NCBI RefSeq assembly: GCF_018350175.1
Contig: NC_058383.1
Location: forward strand, 18,478,001-18,538,000
Direction of reading: 5' to 3'
Origin: Felis catus
Lineage: Eukaryota
DNA length: 60,000 bases
Shown: positions 26,111-34,465 of the stretch, piece after piece
Layout: the number at the start of each line of letters is the position of its first letter
Numbering within the stretch: the first letter of the stretch is position 1
Notes under the pieces: generated by a model
Told to the model about the DNA's origin: nothing
The model's input: the letters and a program-made list of their open reading frames with translations, nothing else
Databases searched by the model: none
Position numbers and translations under genes: made by a program

Positions 26111-27934
26111 ACCTATTGCCACATAGGCTCCATTTCAAATTTCTCTTCCAGCTCCTTCCTCAGTCCAAGTGCACTGTGATTGTTTTCTCCATAAGGTTAG
26201 GCTCCCTCAATTCAGTATTCTGTCTTTAAGCCACACGCCTGCCAATCTTATGACTGAGCCTTGGAATAAAGGCTCAAACATCAGACACACTACAAGGTGT
26301 GTGGCTCCAAAAGCAGAGGGAAAATGCTTGTAGATTTCCACTGAGAACCACTCAGATTAGGACATTCGCATTTAAACACGACTTCACCTTACCACATTTC
26401 TGGAACGCCTCATTAGGGTGAAATCACACGCCCTTTAGACAATATTTCTATAAACAATTATACAGCTACACATTATTTTCGAGTCTAACCAATTCAATGA
26501 GGGACGAAAAAGAAATTGCTGAAAGAAAAGGAAAAGGAGAAATAAAAACATAGATAATACATATGTAGAAATTCAAAGAAGTCACAAAAATGATCAGCTA
26601 TGACTCATTTAGCACATCTTTATTTAGGACATAAAGATATAGACAGACATGAACACCACTCACGTTTGCCAACTGAACTAATCAGGCACTCTTCCTATGA
26701 CAACAAAGCCCTCAGGAAGCACAGAAAACCTTTGTGCGTAGAAAGAGACGTGCCAGGCTCATGGGAAAGGACATCAATCCTCCCCAAAGTTTAGTTCCCA
26801 GATATGCCAGGCCATCGATGCCTGGGATTTACTTATTTTGGGGTTCTCAGGACCCACCCCATAGCAGGGACCCACTAAATACATGGATTAATGTGCTCTC
26901 GACCAATCACAATCATAGAATTTTTCTAGGAACTAGAAACGATACCAAAATTCACTTCTACACAGAAATGGGAGACAGCAACTGAAAAAGGAAAGCCAAA
27001 GGAGCCCAGCTCTGCCAGAGTGAGAACACATTACACATCCACAGTTATTATTAGCACAGCGTGGTGTCGGTGCGCACAAACACACCCACCCGAAGCCACG
27101 TGTCAATGAAAACAAAGTCAACAGAAAGTCGAGGCAGGTGTGAGAATTCTAGGGTTCAAAAAAGAGAAGCATCTGAAACGAATGGAAAAGCGAATAATCA
27201 CCGCGTCACCGATTTCAGTAAATAACATCCAGACATAACCCGAATCACGCCAACCCCTCCCTTCTTCGCCCCTAAAGCCATGGTGCTCAATAGTTTCTCA
27301 CGTCAGTCCCACGCCATTGTCCTGCTCTGGGGGCCATCACCTCTCCCTTAGGCTGCTGTGATCGCTTCCTGCTTCCTGACTCGTCTTTCACTCGTGTCCC
27401 TTCCCCTTCCTCCACAGTCCTGGCTCACCTGCCACCACAGGACACCTCCTCAATCACCAGCTTGGCTTCCTCAACCTTCTGCACCTATGGGCTCCCCCAA
27501 TTCTACCGCAGTGGTCCTCAAACCACGATCCCCCAAAACTGGCCCGGAAGCTTTTCCAACAATGGTCCTCCACCGATGAGCACAAAGGCCGATCGATACT
27601 GCCCGTCTCTAAAAGTTGACGTCCACGGTCACAGGTGTTCGTGTGTTTTAGGGTTGTTTGAGGAACGTTACACATCCTAGCGTGTCCAAGAAGGTAAAAG
27701 CCGTGAGAGTAGTGACAAGGTTCTAAGAGGAGATGAACAAGCATGATGCAAATTAAGGAAATGATAAGCTTCACCGTGAGAAATGATGCCTCCACCGATT
27801 TTCCCATACAAATATGGGACACGTTCATTTCAACCTTAGCAGAAAAAATTAAAAATTGTCTATTTTGGGGAAAGACGGCTGTCAGTGTTTATTAAGCAAA
27901 GAAAGTAAGGGTACACTGGTTTTAAACCTTGTTT

Positions 27935-28136
27935 ACTAATGTTGATTTATTTTGAGAGAAGAGAGAGAGAACAAGTTGGGGAGGGGTTGAGAGAGGGAGA
28001 GAGAGAATCCTAAGCAGGCTTCAAGCTATCAGCGCAGAGCCTGACACGGGACGGGGCTCGAACCCATGAGCCGTGGGATCATGACCTGAGCCGAAATCAA
28101 GAGCTGGTTACTTAACTATGAGCCACCTAAGTCCCC
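27935..28136 (-). mobile_element. CanSINE
   Basis: Reverse-complement SINE body. Confidence 0.8.
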
Positions 28137-29979
28137 TGATTTTAGAGCTTCAAAGCTTTTAAGAACCGACTTACTCTATCTATTGGATGGAAATGCATCC
28201 AGAGGCTTGTGAATTTAAACACCACAATTGCTCTGGACTTAAGAACATACGGATCTACAAACAGCCATTAGTTCACTACCTCATTGGAAAATAAGAGCTG
28301 GACAGACTTTTCCCACTGCTAGCAATCAGATAGTGTCGCCTTTTTCCAATTTATAGTAAACAAACAAGCAAACAAACATGAAGTTAAAGGACAAAATGGT
28401 CAGTGGGTTAGGTTTCCCCCGAGAATTTTTCTTCTCCCTGGGAATTCTCTACCACCCATCACCCCTACCTTCCTGTTCTCAAGATTATTCAAGTGTCACA
28501 TGTCAGAGAGGGCTTCACGGACCCCTGGGCACGTCTCAGCGATCCCATGCCAGCGCCCACGCTACATCTATCCTGCACCCACCGTACCCAGTGAAGTAGA
28601 AGTACTTTCGTGTATTTCCCCAAGGTACAGATGCGCGTGGGTTCAAGTGGCCAGTCCTGTCTATGCATCAAAGTATCCAGCGACCACGTGGAGTCCAAGC
28701 TGGTGGACTTATAAATGGAGCTGGTCATTGCTTAGAAGAATTTCTGTGCAGTTCTGAACATTTATTTTCATTTGAGTACCTTGTCACTCAGTCTACCGTT
28801 TATACTATAAACTCTTTAGGAGGCAGAAATTTAACGAACCCATTCAGAAATGACACAAAAACCGCTAATGAAACATGAAGGGAGAGATCAAGTGGACAAC
28901 TAGGCCGAAGTATCTCTGATAAGGAAGACACTTAAAAAAAAGAACTGTGAGAAAGGACAGAGAGAAACATGCCGGGACCAATCAAAAGGAAGGAGTCTAG
29001 GCAAGTAATTAACAAGCCGTAATTCACAGGGAATAGCAAGACTTCAGAAACGAGTCTTAAAACCTGGAGAGCTGAGATGAACTTAATATTGTTTTCGTGT
29101 CACTGGCTACAAAGAGGCTCTTCCTATTCAAAAGCAGTTTCTTCTATAATCCACAGGGTCGGTCGGATTTTCAACAGAATCCGCTTTATTTTCTGAATCT
29201 TGTATCAAGCCTGTACCTAGTCGTGCATGCGTTCCCTCAAGATTCTGTCAGTGCACTCATTACGTGATATACCTGAGGATAAGAATGTGAACTTGTTTAC
29301 CTTGTCATGTATAAATAAATCAAGATGTGGCATTCCTACTTCCTAAGGCCTGCTGGAATAAGTACAACCGGCTGTATTCAAATTATCTGCTTGTAGGTCT
29401 CTCTCCCCACTCAAATTCCTAGGAATCCGTTATCTTTTTAACCCCAGCATTTGACAGGTTCTCAGCAGACAGGTGTTGAACCGAAACTGGTGATTAAAAA
29501 ACGAAATTGACAACTGGCAATTAAATGACCAAATAACACATATAGAAAACTCATCAAGAAATACAGATATGGGACACGTTCATTTCAACCTTAACAGAAA
29601 AAATTAAAATAGATTTTTTACAAGACAGCATCTACAAGTCAGCACAGCGTGACGGTGAAACACGACATTCATCATATCACGCACGGTGACATACAATCCA
29701 GTGTAAATTATTTGCCGCACCGTAACTCAATGACAGCACTATCGTTTCGAAGACAATTTAGCAATACTAGGACGACATAAAATGTCCTAGGAACATCATG
29801 ATTTCATCAGAAGAAAATAATTTAGAGAGGAATAGCTATGACCATTAAAATTTGGATTGGCCGTGTCAGACCAAAGTGGAAGCCCAGATGTCCCACGTAT
29901 GGATAAAATCCAGCTCAAGCTAGCGAAGCCAGTTGGAAGACAATTGTGAGTCCAGGTTGAAAAAAAAAAAAAAAAAACA

Positions 29980-30170
29980 GTTCAAACCGTAAGAGACTCT
30001 TAAATACGGAGAACAAACTGAGAGTTGATGCGGGGTGGGGGGGGGGAGAGAAAAGAGGGTGATGGGCCTTGAGCAGGGCACCTGTTGGGATGAACACTGG
30101 GTGTTGTATGGAAACCAATTTGACAGTACATTTCATTTAAAAAAAAAAAGAAAGAAAGAAAGAAAAAACC
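29980..30170 (+). mobile_element. 5'-truncated felid/carnivore L1 3' end
   Basis: aagagactcttaaatacggagaacaaactgag...ggatgaacactgggtgttgtatggaaaccaatttgaca followed by a poly-A tail. Confidence 0.8.
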
Positions 30171-30669
30171 CCGCAAGCTTGAACTAACTAAGGCCACCGA
30201 GAGGCAGAGACCAAGTCAGAGACGGTCCAGAGGCAGAGCTGCCAGATGGCAGGGAGAGCCTGGATATAAAGAAGATGGAGGAGAAAGAGGGGGATCGCAG
30301 GTGACAGAGGAGATGCGCTTCCGGCATTCAGTGCGCCAGGGCGGGTGTCCACAAACTCTTCCTGCAAAGGGCCAGGCGGTAAATAGCATGGGCTCCGTGG
30401 GCCATACGGTCACCGTGAGATCTGCTTGACTGTGCTGCTGCAGTGCGTGGCCGTGATCCAATAACCCTTTTTCACAAAACAGGCAGTGGGCAGGATTTGG
30501 CCTACAGGCCAGAGGTTGCTGACCCACGGCCTAAGGAATACAGGGAAAGAAGGCCAATTTGAGGATGCAGTTCATGAGCTGAATTTCAGCAGGACTTTTA
30601 AACAGAGAAGTTCAAGACAAAGATCAATCTAGAGATGAAGTGATTCCAGGACTAGAGACATAAAATTAA

Positions 30670-30913
30670 GGAGCACCCAGAGGGGTTCAGTCGGTTAAGC
30701 ATCTGACTCTTGATCTCGGCTCAGGTCACGATCTCCCGGTTTGTGAGTTTGAGCCTCGTGTCAGGCTCCGCCCTCACAGCGTGGAGCCTGCTTGGGATTC
30801 TCTTTTCCTCTCTCTCTGACCCTTCCCTGCTTGTGTGCGCTCCCTCTGTCTCTCTCTCTCTCTCGCTCTCTCACTCTCCCAAAATAAATAAATAAACTTA
30901 AAAAAAAAAAAAA
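30670..30913 (+). mobile_element. CanSINE
   Basis: SINE head, (CT)n, poly-A. Confidence 0.85.
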
Positions 30914-31280
30914 GACATCAAGTTGAAAGTCATCAGCCGTGTGGCAGTAGGTATGGAGCTAGGACCAGGGATACGGTCTGAGAGGACAGAAGATGAGGCA
31001 CACCTCCCAGTCCAAATACGGGGGCGGACATGCAATGGCACTTCAGATCACTGTGGCCCTGGAAATGCAGGGACATTATAATCTAACCCCCTTAACTCAA
31101 ACTTTTTAAAAAAGAGGGTCCTATTTTGAGTTGGAGTTCTCATTCCCTTTTCCAAAATAAATAACATTAAACTTTCAAATTCATAGATGAGAACGAAAAC
31201 TTCCCACTGGCTAGAAAATAAGGCAGTGCTCCAGTGTTTTTTTTCTTTTGAAATATTTTACGCTCCAAAATTATATAATA

Positions 31281-31315
31281 GGGGGTATAGCTCAGGGCTA
31301 GAGCATCTGACTGCA
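31281..31315 (+). pseudogene. 5' half of tRNA-Cys(GCA), tailless retropseudogene
   Basis: gggggtatagctcagggctagagcatctgactgca matches the tRNA-Cys 5' half and ends at the GCA anticodon. Flanked by imperfect direct repeats aaaattatataata / aaaattatgtgaca. Confidence 0.8.
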
Positions 31316-31855
31316 AAATTATGTGACATATACGTAAAGCACAACGAATAATGATACAGCAAATGTCCCATCCCCATCTCAAGAAAGCGTTCACTACCAA
31401 AACACCACGGTCCAACTTTTCATTCGGTAAGAATCAGTCTCGCAGCTAGAGGTCAGAGCAGGCAGCCCAAGGCCAGATAAAGCTTGCAGATAGATTTTCT
31501 CTGGCCTACGTCCAGCGGTTTCTTTTCTTTTCTTTTTTCATTGCTGACATTTAAGTATCAATAAACTTCACAAAAAAAAATCACCGTTCTGGAGTATCCT
31601 TAAAAATGAGAAGGTGGGTGTTCCTGCACCCACATTCACCATGTCAACAGGTAGCTAGACTTGCCAAGAGCAAGCAAGCCCGTGCAATGAGCGAGTTTTG
31701 CTATTCCTCGCCTCTCTCTACTGCCCTACATCTACCTTCCCTTCGCTTATTAATTTTACCTGCCTAGCACTTGAGTCTGTGACCCCTAGTTACAGACATC
31801 ATTGTGGTTTCTAACGTTTTGGAGTAAGGAAGGGGGCATTACGTAGAGTAAAAGG

Positions 31856-31908
31856 CAAAACAAAACAAAACAAAACAAAACAAAACAAAACAAAACAAAA
31901 AACAAAAA
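31856..31908 (+). repeat. (CAAAA)n microsatellite
   Basis: About 9-10 tandem caaaa units. Confidence 0.9.
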
Positions 31909-32203
31909 ACCATCTCAGACTCTCTCAATAGGAGCATTACTACTGAGTAAACCAGCTCCATAACCCCTTATCCATCACTTTGAACTCTAAAAAACAAGGT
32001 TTTTTGGTAACTTATTTGATAACAAAACTTGACCTGAACTAATATGAAGCCATTTACAATCTTTAAGTGTTCCATTTAGCATGAAGTACCTTTCTATTTT
32101 CACTCTAGAAATATTAACATATTCAACAAAGGGCTGCTGACCCACACCATGGATTATACAGTAACAGCATATGTACATTTTTACTTTTCTAAAATCTGAA
32201 AAA

Positions 32204-32317
32204 GGGGCCCCTGGGTGGCTCCGTCGATTAAGCGTCCGACTTCGGCTCGGGTCATGATCTCAAGGTCCGTGAGTTCGAGCCGGCGTCTGGCCCTGTACTG
32301 ACAGCTCAGAGCCTGGG
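32204..32317 (+). mobile_element. 3'-truncated CanSINE fused to the CpG island
   Basis: The SINE ends at ...cagagcctggg with no (CT)n or tail. Confidence 0.8.
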
Positions 32318-32617
32318 AAGGGGGCAGGGTGGGGGTGAGTCCTGGGGAAAGCTTGGGTCCAGACCCCAGAGGCCGATGCTCAGCGGGGCCGGGACAATGG
32401 GCGGCGGGGACCCGCGCTGGTCGGGCCCGCCCCGCAGTTCCCGGGGGCTCGGGCAGCGGCTCCGAGCTGGGCGCCTGGCCGCTGCGTGGCGCAGCCCTCG
32501 TCCCTGGCCCGCAGCGCGGGCCCCCGCGGGGCAGCGGGCCCGCCCCGCCCGGGACACGACCCCGACCCCCGGTCCCCGACAGGCGCGCTGCCGGCCGGCC
32601 CGGCACGGCTCACTCAC

Positions 32618-32658
32618 CTGCCCACGGTCTGGTTGGCGAGCTGCTTCCTGCGGTTCAA
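32618..32658 (-). pseudogene. ARHGAP17: ARHGAP17 exon 1 copy A, start codon lost (LNRRKQLANQTVG-R|gtgagt)
   Basis: Minus strand reads TTG AAC CGC AGG AAG CAG CTC GCC AAC CAG ACC GTG GGC AG|gtgagtgag, versus recalled MKKQFNRMKQLANQTVGR. The MKKQ codons are missing. Confidence 0.88.
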
Positions 32659-32721
32659 GGGCAGCGGCAGCGGCGGCCCGCCGGGCTCGGGCCTGGCGCG
32701 GCTACATCGCTTCCGGGCCGA

Positions 32722-32760
<39 letters not shown>

Positions 32761-33650
32761 TGCTGCGCCTGCGGCTGCTGCGGTGGCTGAGCGGCGGCTG
32801 CGGCGGCGACTGCGGCGGCGGCGGCGACTGCGGCGGCGGCTGCGGCTGCTACTGCGGCTGCTGACGTGGCTGAGCGGCGGCCAATGCTGCGCCTGCTACT
32901 GCGGCTGCGGTGGCGGCTGAGCCGGCTGCGGGTGCTACTGTGCCGGCTGCGGCGGCTGAGCTGCTGCTGCGCCGACTGCGGCTGCTACTGCGGCTGCTGC
33001 GGCGGCTGAGAGGCGGCTGCGGCGGCTGAGAGGCGGCTGAGGCGGCGACTACGGGGTCGGCGGTGACTGCGGCGGCGGCGGCTGCTCCGGCTGCGGCTGC
33101 TACTGCGGCTGCTGCCGTGGCTGAGCGGCGGCTGCTGCTGCGCCTGCGGCTGCGGCTGCGGTGGCGGCTGAGCCGGCGGCGGCTGCTACTGCGGCTGCGG
33201 TGGCGGCTGAGCCGGCTGCGGGTGCTACTGTGGCGGCTGCGGCGGCTGAGAGGCGGCTGCGGCGGCTGAGAGGCGGCTGCGGCGGCTGAGAGGCAGCTGC
33301 GGCGGCGACTGCGGCGGCTGCGGCTGCTCCGGCTGCGGCTGCTACTGCGGCTGCTGCCGTGGCTGAGCGGCGGATGCTGCTGCGCCTGCGGCGGCGGCTG
33401 AGCGGCGGCGGTTGCGCCGGCGGCGGCTGTGCCGGCTGCGGCTGCTACTGCGGCTGCGGTAGTAGCTGAGCCGGCTGCGGGTGCTACTGTGGCGGCTGCG
33501 GCGGCTGAGCTGCTGCTGCGCCGACTGCGGCTGCTACTGCGGCTGCTGCGGCGGCTGAGAGGCGGCTGCGGCGGCTGAGAGGCGGCGGCGGCGGCGGCGG
33601 CTGCTATGGCGGCTGAACGCTTCTGAGGCGGCGGCTGAGCAGTGGCGGCT
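32722..33650. repeat. ~0.9 kb degenerate GGC/GCT trinucleotide-based repeat with higher-order duplications
   Basis: Pure (GGC)13 at 32722-32760, then mosaic gcg/gct triplets punctuated by ggctgag. The block ggctgagccggctgcgggtgctactgt recurs near 32914, 33205 and 33463. An ~80-bp block recurs at ~32956 and ~33505. Confidence 0.92.
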
Positions 33651-34465
33651 CCCGGGCCGGAGCCCCGCCCTCGCCGCGTGACTTCCAGTGCCGCCCTCCG
33701 CCAGGCTCGGGCGCCGAACGTGGCCTGGCCCCCGCCGCCCTCCCCATCTGGGCTGCCCCGCAGAGCGCACGGAGGCCCCCCCCTGCCCAGGCGCCGCCTG
33801 GGTCCCGACTCCCGGCCCCTGCTAGGCGGGCACCGGTGGGAGGGGCTAGCAGGCTCCAGCGGCGTGACCCCGCGATCCTGGCGGCCGGGAACAGCCACAC
33901 CCGGGCTTGGGGCGCTCTGGACACGGGGCGGGACCCGCGAGGGGGGCTGGGGGGGGCGATGGTGGGAGACGTGAGGGGTTGGGGTAGGCGGGAGCCTCCG
34001 GATGCCCCCTTTAGGACTGTGCCCACGCGGGGGTGTAGACCTGTTTCTACCTCCTAGGTGGATGAGTGCTGTCACTGTGCACATTTCATGTCAATTACAA
34101 GAAATTGTTACCTGGAAACCACAAGCTGCAGAGCGCTGTGTGCTTTGATTGGACTTCCCGGGAAAGTCCAAGGCGAGTCCAAGGCGAGACGCATTTTCCC
34201 CCGCAGGTGCTCACAGGCACCCGGGGACCGCCAGGGATGGCCGCGGGGCAGTGGGGGGAGGGTAAGGGGTGGGAGGTCCTGGGCAGGGGTCGCGCGGACC
34301 CTAGCAGCCCCGCCTGCGGTGTGGCTGGCCGTTGCCTAGAAACGTCTGTTGTGATTTGCTTATTAGCCTCGCGCATGCCTCCCTCTGGAGACAGTTAGCG
34401 GGACTGTCCGACTGCGCTGGACGCTTTTTGCCGAGCGGACCAGGTCAGTTCTGTGACCCGCAGCG

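Larger units (their letters stand above)
32345..34460. promoter_or_regulatory. CpG island / duplicated ARHGAP17 promoter, between exon 1 copy A (-) and the TRIP11 retrocopy (+)
   Basis: Very high GC and CpG density, GC-box-like motifs (ccccgccc near 33663, ggggcggg near 33925), and divergently oriented units on each side. Confidence 0.8.

Noticed and set aside
32849..34084. 411-aa minus-strand ORF and overlapping Ala/Arg/Gly-rich ORFs
   Set aside because: They run through the GC-rich repeat and CpG island, where stop codons are scarce. They are low complexity with no recognisable homology.
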